DNA of 63,283 nucleotides, filler included, from Bigelowiella natans CCMP2755 (GCA_000320545.1; 4 parts of 4 records of this genome joined end to end with filler, not necessarily neighbours in it); one strand, 5' to 3'. Numbered from the whole stretch's first letter, positions 27,376-42,665 are shown. Made by a program: numbers and translations. The notes: generated by a model not told the origin, from the letters alone.

Positions 27376-29339
27376 GAGGGAGAGACCGAGGGAAAATGAT
27401 TTTTTTTACATTTATGTATATTATATGTGTATCTGTGTGTGTGTATGTGTGTACTGTAGTACTGTATATTACATATCTTAATATGTGTAGCCTAGATCGC
27501 GGCGATGAAGCAAGTAAACAGTGTGCAGCTGTGTTGATAGTTTTTGTTCTTATAAAAACAGCCTATGGCAGCATCTTCATGTTATCACCTAGACCAGCTC
27601 CAAGCTCCACCCCCACCCTCCCCTTCCTGAGTATACGACAGCGAGGCAGAAGAAGTAGAAGAAAAAGAAGAAGAAAAAGAAGAAGAAGTAGTAGCAAAAA
27701 ATACTGTAACAAGCATTGGATGACCTAACTTCGTTATTCCACCAAAGACTTACCAGACTATGGATATCAATTCAACGAGAACACGCCACGCACTTAGGCA
27801 TTAAGGCATGTGAAAAAATACTGACATTCCCTTCGCCCTCTCTGTTTCCTCCTCAATGAGTAACCCGGATATTGCATTTCTATACCACCAAGATTGCTTC
27901 TCTGCCGGTGATTGACTCGACGAATTCTCTCCCCGCGTGGCCTTCTTCCCGGATTTCTTCTTCTTGGACAAAAGCTGCAAGCAATGCCTCGGCGAGTGCC
28001 TTCGCAGCGCACAAAATTCGGAAGCTCGTTAGGCCCAAAACATCCGCCACAGACTCGACGAAACGAAACTACCTTGTCAGGAAGTCGGCAAGAACGAAAC
28101 TTGCGTCCCACATTGCCGTACCTATAGCAAAAGGTTTCAAGCCGCCTTGCACACCCTTCACAAGGTGTTTTAACGATCGATCGATATCCTCTCGATAGCC
28201 CTCTCGCCACCCACCCACCCCCGTTTTCAAAGACACGAACTCATGTGCGAATGCCGTGTTTGCTCCGTGTAGACTCACCAGTATTTTGCAGCTTTCGGCC
28301 GCCTCCAGGGATAGAGCTCAAACCGACGCATATCTCTAATGTGTTTGTGTAGCGAGCAGCAGCAAGCGACAAGTCGATTGCAAGTGTAAGCATAATGGGG
28401 TCTGCGTGGTGTGTGATGGACGCAAAGCGTTTCTATTCGAATAACTTACCGCGTTCGTCCTCAGCGCTCTTGAAGCTAAAGGAGAGTTCTCTCTATGTTG
28501 TTAGAGGAGAAATACTGTCACTTTTAAGTGCTGAAATTGCATATCGTGCAGTGTTTCATGTTTCCTCTCGCATTGCATGTACACGCGCGGTGATGTTGTG
28601 TTGTTGTAGTGCCCCCGGGATGCGCCCATACCTGCGAGAAAGCCAAGGCGTCCAACTCCTCGTTCTGAAGTCATAAAAATCAGCAACAGTGATAGAATTT
28701 TTACCGTTATTGTTTTCTTTTTTTTCTTTTTTTCCTTAAAATTTAAATGCATCGGGCGTTTCTCTCATCGTTAGCCCTAGATCAGGCAGGTTTTTCGCGC
28801 ATTAGATATTTGGCTATTACGTGTGTGTTAGTTCGGGACATCGACCAAAGAAACTTGCTACATTCCTATAAACAAGGGAAAGACACATACGGATGATTGA
28901 GGACTCACAATTCCTTTTAAAAAAGGACGATTGATCCTCTCCGACGAAGGAGAAGAACCTGTAAGAAAAAGTCATCGAGCGCATAACTATCACGGTTAGC
29001 AATTACACCTGTGCATTTAACGCATGGAGAATCTTCACTCCCCGAGCTGCAATGCTATCCATTAGCCCTCTCCTATTCAGCAAGAAGAGTAGTCAAATTC
29101 ACATGTTTGCGAGCGGCGAATATCAGCACCAAAACAGCTTAAGGGCACATATTATAAAAAGGAATCTGTTTGTTTTCTCCATATGAAGGTGTATAGGCTT
29201 CGTACAACTCACATAAACCACCTCGCTCGCCCTCCGTAGATGGTTGCAAACGCCCAGGAGACATTGACAAGGTCATGCGAGTCGAATTGCACACACCTTG
29301 CGGCAACGATGAAATAACCGAAAGACAGTGAGAGCCACG

Positions 29340-29370
<31 letters not shown>

Positions 29371-29427
29371 ACTTACACACTTACACGCAAATATAAATTT
29401 AAATACGTGTGTGTGTATAACTCTTCC

Positions 29428-29458
<31 letters not shown>

Positions 29459-30024
29459 TCTCTCTCTGTGTATGTGTATAATTGTGTGTGAGTGTGGGTG
29501 CTAAAATCCGTTAGCAATTATATACAATATCTCCATGATTTCCAAGCTACCCCTATCCATCACCCCCCCTGCATTCCACACCAGAGAAACCATGCATTAC
29601 CTATTTTCTACTTCATCGGCCACGAATTCCTATCGCGGCATAGTAAGAAAGAACCGATGCGATGTCAAAACGCGAAAATACGCTCCGAAATAAGAAGTCA
29701 ACTCGATGCGAATTTATCATCCGACAAGTAATGTGCTGTAGGATATCGCTTGTTATGCGAGACCAGAGTTTTCTACCATTCTCTAATAGAGTACCTGTAT
29801 TTGAGCGTGCTTCATACGCAACTTCGCTAGTGACCATATGAGGTTTGCCATGTGCTATTCCACGAAGGCGTTGCGTTAAAATCGAATCGAGTGCGCGCTC
29901 GCGTGTTTGTATGCGTGCGCGTGTATGTGTGGTGTGTAAGGGGGGGGGGCGGGGGGGAGATGGGGTATCGATGCGTGTTGCTTTGATCTGTGTTGAAGTT
30001 TGACATATTCCCACCACAAAGAGC

Positions 30025-30068
<44 letters not shown>

Positions 30069-30514
30069 AATAAGAAAACTAAAGAGATAGTGTCCTTCTC
30101 AACTCATGCACATAGGAAAAACCTACGTGGAAAGAGAAAGCGTACAGTGCACAACAAACCTTGGTACTAACACCGATCTGATTTCTTCCTTGTGCGAGAA
30201 GAATAGCCAGTGCTCGGCCCATGCAATTTCGAATCTTGCAACGATAATGTACGTGATGAAGGCGTGCACAGCAAAGGTGAGGAGGTGGGAGTATGGGCGT
30301 TTCTCATCGCTGAAACAGCGACTATCAATTGGGAGAAAACGATGCTATTTTATCAAGTAATGACATTCATTTTCTAAAAATATGTCTCCTGACTTACGTC
30401 TGCACGCTAACAAGTTTCCATAAATGTCTATGCTATGCTATCCGCAAGATTTTTTATTTCCAATGGCACGTGGATGGTGTATGTGTGTGTTGGGGGGGGG
30501 GGGGGGGCGGGGAT

Positions 30515-30561
<47 letters not shown>

Positions 30562-33500
30562 GTGTGTGAGGCAGCAGCATCACCAGCGCTTTCTTCTGAA
30601 TCCCCAGCCTTTAAAACAAAAACAATTTAAAAGAATTTAAGACCCTTCTATGTGCGTGGGCTGGACGCATGAATGTGTGAGTTGTGCGCGCGCGCATGTG
30701 TGTGTGTGTATGTGTGCTTTACTGAGTTTCTTCAGTTTACACGTATCAACACCTTGCCGCAGCCCAAGCAAAATTGGAGACATCTAGCAGTGAGAGGCCA
30801 GAAATCTTGTCTTCCCTACCCATTTGCGTTGCATGATATGGTAGAACACCACAGAAAAAAAAAAAGCGATTGCGCATCGATTCATGACTCGTGTTTAAAA
30901 TGAAGACCAGGAACGTCGCAAGTAGAGTTGTTCTATGCTATCGCTTCATAACCGGATGTATTGAAGACAAATTGACAGATTTTTACGTTGTGCGTTTACT
31001 AGCTGTCCTACCTTAACGCCTCGGTGAGTGCGTCCACGGTTTTCTCCTCGCGCTGTTGTTGTGCAGTATGATCGTGTGTGGAGGCGAAGAATAAGAAAAA
31101 GAAGACGATGACAGAACGCGTTGAAACGCGATCGCAATCCTCGCGAAGAATGGCAACTCCTCTTCCTCCCGTTTTTTGAATTTTGGGGAAATAATTTTTC
31201 GCAACAGTGAAGGCAAGGTCACATGATTGCATTGGTGCTGCTGTACCAAATTTCTCCTCGCCAGCGCCCACAGCGACATTACTATTTGGGAGCCAGAGAA
31301 CCCTGCGCACGGGTAGAATGATACGGCATTGAAACTTGACACATCTCCAAGACTATCGATGCAACTAACAGATATCGATCTGCCAATCTCCGTGTATTCG
31401 TGTATTCTTACCATGGATATCTATGATAGGGAGGATTTCGCGCATTATCACTTCCCCCCCTGCAACGTCCTGCCGTATGGTATTGGGTGTTATTAGACGG
31501 CGGAGGGGGGGGGGGGGGGATCGGACAGTTGGAGCGAAAAGGCCTTACATGAGCATGAGACCAGAGCAGAGACGTCAGCTCTCTTGAGTTGAACGTCTTT
31601 AGTTTCGAGAGCACCAGCTCATCGAGCCATCTTGCATATGCGGGAGAGTTTGGCATGGATTAGACGGAAACGTGCGATAAGAACATGGTGCGAAAAGGGG
31701 GGCTCTTACTGGAGATGTCGCTTAAATCTTGAATCCTGAGTCTGCAAATGAAATGCATGGGCTTCTTTTAGTAAAATCCATATAATACATACACAGCACG
31801 GAAAAAGGGCAAAGTCCCATCGGAGACGTTTTGAAAGCACGATCGCAATTCCAGGCAAGGTCCAACGACAAGCACACTATAGTTTCTACTCCGCAAGCTC
31901 TTAAAGGTTGCGTGGAGCGAAATGTATTACGCACATTCTCAGAGAGCTTCGTGCGCGCCCAGGCAATATTCGCTACTTGCTGGATTATCGAGTTGGTAGA
32001 GGCGCAATACAGGAGCAAACTTTGGTCAAAATATCGAGGCAAAGGGACAGGACGGGGAGTGGGAAATATGTCTGTTTTTCCGACTAAAACACGAACTCAC
32101 CTGTGACGTCAGTTTACTTCGTTCATAAGCGTTTGCCTAATCGATAGGTGTGGGTTTGTTTGGGAATGCTTAAGTGCTGATGTTCGTGTAGATCTATGCT
32201 GAGGCAGACATCCCTCAGTTAGCAAAATCGATCTTCATTGTAAAACAGCCTCCCCCCCCTTCGCTCTATTTTGATTATATTGACCACGGTCGCTATTCTC
32301 TCCATTTTGCCACCGATTCTGCATGGCGTGAAACTATTTTGAGCCGGTATTTACTTATTTAATTACCCCGAAATGTGTGAGGATAGCATCCGTTATAGAC
32401 GCTAACAGCGGGCCTGTTTGCTTTTGCTTCCCAGTCTTTATCTCTGGATAGAACGAACAATTCGGATTACACAAGGCATTGGTGTCTACGACGTCACTCG
32501 CACACTATTGCTACTTCAATAAATGAAGGCGCATTACCTGAGAGCTTCCCACAAGCCCAGAGCACATTTGCAAGCTCCTGCAGGTTGCGGAGAGGGATGC
32601 GTGGGGGAGATTGAAATGCCATTATAGCAAAGGAAGTAACAATACTCTTTGAAACTATTCTCTCGAGCACATATATTATGTGTGCTTCGATAAGTCTTCT
32701 TTACATGCGATACGCGCTCACACGCATACACACACACACGCGCGCGCGCGCATATAGTCAGCATACCAGCTTTATATGTAGAATTGCGGGATTAAGTTCA
32801 GATGACCTGGGTATTGAAGCTCATTCTCGCTTTCCCCTTGACTCGCTTCTCCGCACCATGCAGCAGCTGCCAAGCAATCTGGTCGAGGGGCACGAGGACA
32901 AAAAGAACCACGACGCAAAACAGAGCATCACTTTCTGGTTTCATCACCTCCAGCAGCTGCTAAAGCGCGCCGCGCATGTTGTCATATTCGAACACGACTC
33001 ATATTCGCAAATCAAGAGACGCGCGCAAACATACATGCACACAAACACAAGCAGGGATACACGACACGCTCTGTGTTGGCAGTGTAACTACCTTCCTTGA
33101 GAGTGGATCGGCGAGGGAAGAAGACATCTTTGCAATTGCCCAGATTGAATTGGAGAGGCCCTGGCAGCGACATAAAGCCCAGGCAAAAGCAACAACAACA
33201 ATAACAAGAATGCCGATTGCGTGAATACCGACTTCACAACCACGGGCATTGATGCGTCGCAGAACGGTCTAGTTTATTGGTTTTCTCTCTTCTGTGCGGA
33301 ACAGAAGCTTGAGAGAAACTTCAGCCAATCATATATATATTACGATAAAATCACGCGAAAGATAATGAAGTGAATTGGGCGAATGAAATGGCGAAAGCAA
33401 CCTGAGCTGTCAGCTCCGCGACGAATATATCGGTCATACTTTCGTCCAAAATTGCCAGGAAGCTATCATGATAAGGTGGTATTTTTAAGCAAAGTCTCTG

Positions 33501-34203
33501 CCCTCTATCACGCACTCTTTCCTTCCTCCTTCCCCGCCTACATCCTCTCTTATAATTCTGCGATTTCTCTTTCATTCCCGTTTCTTTTCTTCTCAAGACG
33601 TCACCGGTCTACGCGTGGCCATATCGAGTCCTCTGCATCGTGACTGCCGCTTTGCTTTATCGTCGAGGTGGACGTGCTTCTTCTAGTTATACTGTCCTAC
33701 TCGATAAGCGTGTACGAGAATCAAGGCGTGATGGTGATGAAGAAATCTCGAAAACACAGGGATTCGAAGGGGGTACCCCGGCTATGCGGCCAAGAGCCCA
33801 GAGAAGATTTGAAACCTAGCACACACCAGGAACGGTGGGAGGGGGGGGGGGGGGAGAAGGTTTTCGAATCGAAGAGAATGGTAGTATAGAGATTGCTATA
33901 GTCGCGTAACATAGTAAAATAACACCTCTACGGTGTGAGTCACTGATTCTAGGCATTTTTCAATCAATAATGCTAAACAAATGTCGCGTTTCTGGCGGAG
34001 GATAACGACGGATAGAGCGAGGCCAATCATTGCTATATTTTATCATGAGAGCAATGCGAGCCTTCAGTGTGCTACTGCGACCTGACCTCCTGATGCTTAA
34101 ACTCCCTCGTTCGCAAGTGAGCAATCTTTTCGGATGTAATCATTAGCGATGATACCGATTCGAATGCTGCTAATCTATACTACGGGCATGCGTATGCATT
34201 CAC

Positions 34204-34278
<75 letters not shown>

Positions 34279-34283
34279 GAGAA

Positions 34284-34329
<46 letters not shown>

Positions 34330-35309
34330 GGGTGAAGAGATGCAATTATCCATTATTACACAAGCAACTTTTCTGAGCAGCTTACAACTGCTACTAATAC
34401 AACACCTTCAATAGAGCAGAAACCAACGCCTCTAGATCCTGGTCCTTCTCCCGCTCTACTGACATACCGATCTTACGCGGCACAATGGCGTACACAACAC
34501 ATTCAAAGAGTCGTGAGCTGATTTGGTATATTGCTACTACTTCTATCATATATGCGTTCTAGAGGATACATCTCGTACCCTGGCAACTGCCCAGACAGCG
34601 TTAGCGATCTAATCACAAAAACGTGGGATTTAAGAAATAAAAAGGGCGAACTCGAATCCTATGCCTATGAATCAGTTTTCAATGCATGATTTCGCCAAGG
34701 TAGCCGCATTGACAGGTGATCTACAAATGCAGCTTCAACTCGCGTGCTTCTAGTTCTTAGTCTTGACGACGACGACGACCTGCCTCGCCCTGCATGCTGC
34801 TGGGTTCTACGATATCCGAAAGGGGGGGGGGGGAGTACATAATGCAAAAGCGACAGGATGCGTTTATTAGAAAATCAGCCGTGGCGTGGAGAAGGGGTGC
34901 CGATAATCGTAATCAATAAAAGGGCCTCCGCGTACCTTTCTCAACTCGGAGAGCGAGCGCATGCATAGAATCTGCTGTATCGACTGATCATCGCTTGAAG
35001 CAGCGCCGTGACTGGGTTTGATTACACTTTCAGAGAATGAGGAAAGGGGAGATGCACGGGAGCCGCCCCTCTTCGTCTTCGCAATCTTCTGGAGAGCCGT
35101 CACACAGTTGACGAGATTTAGTCTTAACGGGAGGGGGGAGGGGCGGGGAGCAAAGACAGAGTAAACAAAGTTCAGTGGTATGAACAACTACTAGAGTTTG
35201 CGTTCTTCATTCAAAACGTACTTGTTTATGTTTGCCTTTACGATGGTGCCAAGCTCCCCAAGCTGTGCAAAGAAAATAATGTTAGGAATTCTGTGACCTC
35301 TGGCAACAG

Positions 35310-35347
<38 letters not shown>

Positions 35348-35453
35348 TCTCTCTCTCTCTCTTTCTCAACCATACATCCTTCGCCTGGAAGATGCTCTTG
35401 TTTATCCTTATATTGGCAGCGCTCACAGTGCGAGGAGGAGGCCTCTTCGGCAT
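24860..35453 (-). CDS. Large multi-exon protein: N-terminal FAST/OPR-like helical repeats plus C-terminal METTL21/Methyltransf_16-type seven-beta-strand methyltransferase and Lys-rich tail
   Basis: Repeats: LNLVNCVTALQKIAK, QVANIAWARTKL, FNSRELTSLLWSHA, QIVMSLWALAR, FDSHDLVNVSWAFATI. MTase: NTG|TAMWDASFVLADFL, KGRVGVELGAGL|GLPSIVAANLG..KASDGDDVVLKLLEEN, VHKLVW, LLMGSGVLY. That these form one gene is inferred. Confidence 0.6.
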
Positions 35454-36032
35454 TATGGAGACGGCCTAGCAGCCTTTGCTACAAATGTTCCGGGAGTTCG
35501 GGTCGGGGGTTCGGCTTCGAAGATGACAGCCCATGCAAGTCAAAAATACTTCCGATTCTGTACAACTTCTTATCCCTGTAATTACCATAAATGTAATTAT
35601 TGAATTCCATAATTTAATTTTTGGCGAAATATTAGCTGCCGAGCCGACGACCAGAAACCAATGAATCAGCGACTTCAGATGTTTCTCGCAGAGAAAGCTT
35701 CCTCGAGCATGTCGGTACCCTCGGACGCAAAAGGCAGCGGAATCCAACGGAGTCAAATGTCGGAACCCAAACCGGGGGAAACGGGCACAAACTGACATTC
35801 CCGGTTTTCCCCTCCCTCAAAGTCCTCTCCGGATCTCTCAAAAGTCTCCAATGTGTCAGACGACGTCATCCACGTGCTGCGGGGTTTTGATTCTGAGGTC
35901 AGAACGGCTCGTTTCAAGTGGGTGAGACGCGGGCGTATTTGCTAATTACGACAACCAAATCTTTGTCGTATCTCCGTCATACCGTGCTCACCTTGTCGCA
36001 CCGTGCAGAAGCGAAGCGCGAAGTGACTCACG

Positions 36033-36807
36033 ATGGTGGATGAAAATTCTCCTCTGATTACTAGTGATGACGATACAAAGAAGAAGGCTGCTCCGCCGGC
36101 TAAATTCATTAGCATGGAGGAGGTTCAAAAACACAAAAAGGTATGTATTATGCGGAAGGGGAGGGAGGTTGAATTTGCGAAATGTGCTGTTGATTTTCCT
36201 CGAAGTTATAGAACGAATCCGATGATGCGGCGCGCTGACTCATACCCCGTGTCCATTTAGGTGAAGGACCTCTGGTTCGTAATCCACGGCAAGGTGTACG
36301 ATGTAACAAAGTATGTAGAAGAACATCCCGGTGGACTTGAGGTTATGCAGGACAATGCAGGTATTGCCGCCACATCTGTTGCCTCAGTGGCCTCCCCTTC
36401 ACGAAGGACTTGCCAATCGACACTTTTCCATTGTTTATTTTATAGGAAAGGACGTAAGCGACCAATTTGAAGAGTTTTTCCATTCCACTGACGCGAGGGA
36501 TATTCTGAAGAAATACGAGGTCGGAGCCCTCGAGGGATCGACAGAAGAAGATTGGAATAAGCTTGAAGCTCCAACAGGCGGATCGTCATCTGGTAATGTT
36601 CGTGTAAAATGGCACTTAATTCTCTGCAATTTATATGGAATCGTTAAGATTCTATCGCTTGATTAAGATAGTGAATTTATCCGTAGTTTACTGATGCTGT
36701 GCTGATCAACATGATTAGGTGGGTCAATGCCGGGATTTATTATTCCTCTCCTCATCGTGCTTCTTGCAGTTTTCTATCAGCTCAATAAGACTTACAAGTT
36801 TGTTTAA
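36033..36807 (+). CDS. CYB5: Cytochrome b5, tail-anchored (4 exons)
   Basis: EEVQKHKK|[33 protein letters not shown]|[27 protein letters not shown], followed by C-terminal [19 protein letters not shown] and TAA at 36807. Confidence 0.93.
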
Positions 36808-38619
36808 TTGAGTGTTTTGGAGAATAAGAACAAGACCAAGAAGAGGGTTTTAAATTTGCACAAATTTGACTCTAGATTGACAACAACGCACTGTTTTCTG
36901 CTCACATGAGGATACTGCTAAAAACATGTAGCAATATTAAATATGTGTGACTTCTTGTGTTATACTTGACTGTATTCCGATGCGCTCACGAGCATCGTCA
37001 ATCATTGATACTCGTAGCTTCATATCTTCGCTACTCACTAGCTCAATTCACTACTATAATTTTGACAACAGTCACAGGCATAACTACGCGCATGATGAAT
37101 TGCACCCTTACCGTATGCGATGCAAGCAAGACCCACAACATAGCAGCGCAGTGGCGTAGCACAGCTAGCTAGTGGACAACGCATGCGGGCGGTGAGGCAC
37201 ATGATCTGTGCGCCATTTCTAGATTATATTGTATTGTTGCAATATCATTTCTAGGTTTGTTGCACATCGCCTGCAATGTGCACAAGCACGTAAGTGCGCA
37301 TGATGATCATGTACGTACAAACATGCATTGTTTTTCGACATTCGATCACTCGAGCAATTCGTGCTAGCATGTCTCCACATTGCTCGCACATGTGTCACTA
37401 GTTCTACAACTCACGCTAGCTACATAGCTAGCTCTAGAGCTAGCTCAGACAGCCTTGGCAATTCTCAGTACGTCGTTTGAACATGTTGCATCTGTGATGT
37501 TCATCCTGCACTCGTCATGCAATGCTCACTCAGCATGACATCGCAATTCCCGCACAGTCTTATTGATTTGTGGTTCTCATCGCGTTCATGGCATTGCTAG
37601 ATTGTGCCTCATCGCAATGGAAGTGCCACAGCACGCTAGCACGCTAGGACGTCTGGCAGCGCCATCTAGCTGTGCTTGCACATGCAGCATGGTGTCTATT
37701 GTCATGGTGGTTCCGGCCCATACTTCTCTCCAGATCTAGCTGTGCATCTGACTTCCATTGTTGGTTGTAATGTGAAACACTAGAGCACTTGAACGCGGAC
37801 AACACGGCGATGCCGACCCACTGTGTGTGCGCTGCAACAGCGCACACGTGCAATTCTGGAATTGCATCCAACGATGTGGAACATCCTTGCTTGATCCCCA
37901 TGAATTGAACTTTTGAAACTGTGCGCCAGAGATGAGGACCGTTTTCTTTTCAATTGGATGTTTTTCCAACAGTACAGGAAGAACACCTCTGGTGCACCAT
38001 CACTGCCACCTGAACATTGAATGTTGGACGTTGAACTTCGAACTGAGCAACACCAACGACAAAGAGTTTGCCCTCTCCGTGCCACCACGCCACTCTGCAC
38101 ACTATTTTTCATTTGAGGTAGTCCAGTTTCCAGTTCGTATCTCCAACATTCCGTTTCCTTTCCTTCCCCCCCCTTCACCCCACTGCATGACTGCACTTTC
38201 CGGCGCCAGCAAACCCAAATTTCCAGGAGTCATTGCATCGGTTGTCGCAGATGGAAAACCCGCCAACACTTCCGGCTGTGGCTGGAATCTGAGCTGCGAG
38301 TACCACACAATGTGAGCATGCGACAACAAAATTCAAGCGTTTTTTTAAGTTCTTAATTTTTCCATAGGGTTAAAGATCAAAATCGATGGGAATTTGTCCC
38401 TGCGACATACCCTAAATCGAAAAGTGATTCGACAGAGATAGTTGGGATCGATCACCAGAGAAGGGCAGCAATGGTGACTGCTTCCTGTTCCAGCGATTTT
38501 CCCCGCACCCTCGCTATCACCCCCGCTAGTTCCCAGCAAGATATCTAAGTAGAAATCGGACAATACAGTGGCTTCATGCGCTAGGCAACGTCAAGTGGAA
38601 ACAAAAGCGAAGAACTGAT

Positions 38620-40323
38620 ATGCGGAAGCTCGGCCTCTTTGCCTATCTTGTGGCCGCATGCCACCTGCTCGCACTCGTCGATGGCGGCACCTCCTCGTCC
38701 CACAAGAGAAAGGTCGGATTTAGCGACTATTGTGTCATCGGGGCCGGACCTGCCGGGATTCAGATGGCGCATTTCTTGCAGAAGGCGTCGCTGAACTACA
38801 TCGTCTTCGAGAGGGACTGGGGGCCAGCTAGCACCTTCCGAAAGTACCCAAGGCACGGGAGATTGATCTCTATCAACAAGCGCTACACCGGCAGAAATAG
38901 CTCGGAATCGAAGGCCAACCGAGAATATAACCTCCGACACGATTGGCACTCCTTCCTCACCGCCACTGAACCCGTCGAGAGAGAGCGCGGTAGCGATAGC
39001 AGCGAGACGCCTGATGGCGGGGGGGCATTTGATGATCACGCCGACGACGACGGTGACGAGATTCTTAGCTTTAGCGGGTTTTCAGAGAGGTATTTTCCAC
39101 TCTCCGAGGAATATATCGCCTACGTGGCAGCGTTCATACGACAGACGAAGCCCAGAATCAGATTCGGGCGGAATGTCGTTGACGTCTCGCATGTCAAGAG
39201 AAACCATTCCGCCAACGCTCGCTTCTCCTCCCCAGACGGTGATGATAGACAGCTATACCACTTTCAGCTAAGAGTGCAACAGCAGGCAAGGCTGCAGGAG
39301 AATGTAAAGAAAAACGATAAGAACGCACAAGCGCAAAACGCAGAGCAGCCACCAAATGAATCACCTAGCAAGCCAAAACAACGGCAAACTCGATGGTTTT
39401 GCAAGCGGCTCCTAGTCGCCAGCGGGATGCAGAAGGAAACAGTCCCGTGGTGGGACGGTGTGGAGCTCACCACTACATACGGCACACACGACACTGACCC
39501 AACGACCTACCGCAACAAGAGCGTTGCCGTGGTAGGAGGCGGAAATTCGGCTTTCGAAATCATCAAATCGATCATGGGGGAGGCTGCCAGCATCCATCAG
39601 TATGTGCATGTAGCGATTTAGTGAGAACGATAGGTCAAGCAGACTTTGATCCTGCGGCGTTTTTGCCATTTCGTGAGAGTGGATGTTTCTGCTTGGGTCA
39701 GAGGCCCACTTTCACGTCCACTGTCATGCTTTGAGTGATGGTGATTTCTCATTTACATGCTCTGCCTTCTTCAACTTTCTGCCCTCCTCGTCATTTGGAG
39801 TATACTTGACTTTCTCTCTCTCGCTCTCCCTCTCCCTTCTCCCCCCTCCCCTCCCCCCCCCCCCCCCGGTCCAAGATATGCGCGGCACAAAACTACAGCT
39901 GAGGAATCACATTATCCCGGCGCGTTGCGCTCCGCGAATTCTGCAGCACTTGACAACGAGCCCGTGCTGAGAACACAGGATAAGTTCTTCCAGCACCCTT
40001 TCCCCCTCCGGAACATTCGAATCCGAGAGGAGCAATACCGAGGCGAGCGGAAAGTTTGCATACTTCCCTCTGACGACGGAGCCCTCGTCTCCGCCCCCAA
40101 GCAAGCACTGAACAGCTCGTGGGAGGGTGAGGTGGAGGGGGGGGGCGATTGGCTTTTCAGTGCGGCGGCGCGTGAGTCGCGCCGACCTCGATATTGCTAC
40201 GATTATGTTATTCGATGCCTTGGTTTCTCCTTCGATCCCTCGGTTATGGGGAGATTGGGAAGGAAGCTAAATTTCCAGAGGCAAAACGGCATTCCAAAGT
40301 GCTACTGATGTTTATATTTGTAT

Positions 40324-40360
<37 letters not shown>

Positions 40361-40400
40361 TATTTATGAGATGTAGTTAACCTGTCGTATGTGCAGATGT

Positions 40401-40443
<43 letters not shown>

Positions 40444-42665
40444 CGCACGCGCAGTACATTACAGAATACATGGAACACGTGTTTATCAGCGTGCGTGCGT
40501 GCGTGTGTGTGTGCGTGTGTGTATATGCGTGTGCGTGTGCGCGAGATTGTGTGTTTGAAGGATCCCAGGGAGAGGGGAGGCGAGAAAGGAAAGAGAGATA
40601 GAAAACGATCGTAGAAAAAGGAAGAGATCACTATATCGCTCCTAATCGTTTCCTTCTTCCGCGCTCCAGGTACCCCAGCATCACCCAGCGATTTGAGGCT
40701 GAGGGTATATCCCACTTGTACTTCATTGGATCCAACGCGCACTCACTCGACTTCAAGCTGTCCTCGGGAGGGCTGGTGCATGGATTTCGATACCAGGTGA
40801 TGATCCCAGAGAGGGCGGGGGGGGGGGGGAGGGGAGGAGTGTAGCTAGTCCGACATTGTTTTTGTAGTCGCACTACTGCGAAACGCATTCCAGAAGACTT
40901 AAACTGAAGAATGTATCTTGTGGACGGGGGTATGAGAGTAACGAGGGGGGGGGGGGCGTGCACGTGAGAAACCCAACTGACAATCGGGGGCATATTTTGA
41001 TGGATGCAGATTTTGAATCTGTTCCGGCACCTTCGGAGACGATATCATGGAGTTCCTTGGCCGCAGAAGAAGCTCACATTGGGGCACGATCTCAAAGAAC
41101 AAATAGTCTCTAGATACGGTGAAACCACGCATATCTCTATCTCCAGCTCTCTCTTTTCTCTCCCTCCCTTTCTCTCTTTCTCCTTCCTTCTTCATCCATA
41201 AACGCGCCTAACAATCGTTATCCTTGACTCCCTTTCATTCAACCCACCCCCCCCTCTTCTCTTCGTCTCCTTCCTTTAGCAATCGCCTCGTCTCTCTACC
41301 AAATGTTTGAGGTGCAGTGTGACGTTGCGGCCATTATATCACGCGAGGGGCAGGGGGAAGTGGTCTACTTTTACGGCGTGCTGACACACGATATTGACGC
41401 TTTTCTGAAGGACATGTTCGCGCCAGCGCCCCCCCCAACCGAGTATATCACACTTTCATTCGAGTTTATGCCCGAGATCGACAACCAGCTGGTGTGGGGC
41501 GATGACGGCTATTTGTACGCGAGCGACAACCCAGTGAAGCCGCACAACAATCAGGTAAGGCGTCCTCACGTCTTCATCTCGAATCCGGATAGTCTCTTAT
41601 CTGCTATCAATCCTACTGCCGCCGCTCACCACCTGCGCAATCAACGATACGATCCTCCCCCTCCTTTCCCATCATCGATAGAGGATTCGCCATCTCGCTG
41701 CTTTCATTCATTCATTTGTGCGTGCAGACCGAGCGAGACTGTCTCTCCATACCAAATATAATGCGTTTTCCCTATTCTTTCTTGTTCCTTTGTGCGTGAG
41801 AAGTGACGCGTAGCACTGACAATGATGCCGCATTCAAATGATTGAATGACTAGTTCATCCACCCGACTATTCGGTACTGGAACAAAGACGCGCCGACGGC
41901 ATATAAGGTGTCCCGGCTCGCCACTTCCCATTTGTAGCGAAACTGAAGCTTATACTAGCGAAAACTAAGCAACAACATCCAGCCCACCCTATGTTAATAA
42001 TGACCATAGTAGCATGATATTAGGTAAGGCAATATTAACCTAAAACTTCTGCCTTCCGTTCAGAGCGTTGAAGCATATACCAGAGAGGAGCTCGTCCCAC
42101 GGGCAACGGCGGAGTTGTATTTGCTCGAAGACTTGAGGCTCGAGTACCAAAACCCAGTGCTTCATCTGGGACCGCTGGGTCGCTTTCTCGAGCGCGTTGG
42201 GGGAGCGCCCATAGACCGCCCCGACCCCGAGTGAGTGTGGCGAATCTTTTGTCGTTTGTATGGAAATGCTGAATGGATATATCGTGTTAGCAAGAAACTT
42301 TGGGTTTTTTGAAAAACAAAGGGGGGGGAGACTGAGCGGGAAAAACACTTAATACAATCATCTTGCGGTGTCCTTCCTTCAAGAATGAGATATCACGGAT
42401 AAATGAATATGTGCCATTGCGGCGATAGTGATTCCCCTGCCAGAAACAGCGTGTGTTGGAGCACGGGCTCTAAGTTTGGATCTGATTATTTTCATCCTGG
42501 CGTTTTGCAATAACATTTTCCTCTCTACTTTCTCCACATCAAAGGTTTTCTATGTCGTGGTTTTGTGACTGGTGTGACGATCCGGACCCATCATGGCGTG
42601 CAGCACTGCGAAAAAGGTGTGGAGACGACCGCGAGACTGGGGTGTGCCAGGCTCTTGCTTGGTAG
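38620..42665 (+). CDS. FOXRED2: FAD-dependent oxidoreductase, FOXRED2-like, with signal peptide (multi-exon)
   Basis: Signal peptide; DYCVIGAGPAGIQ; FRKYPRHGRLISINKRYTG; NLRHDWHSFL; VVGGGNSAFEI; YDYVIRCLGFSFD; HSLDFKLSSGGLVHGFRY; SSLYQMFEVQCD; FIHPTIRY. Last exon tentative. Confidence 0.85.
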
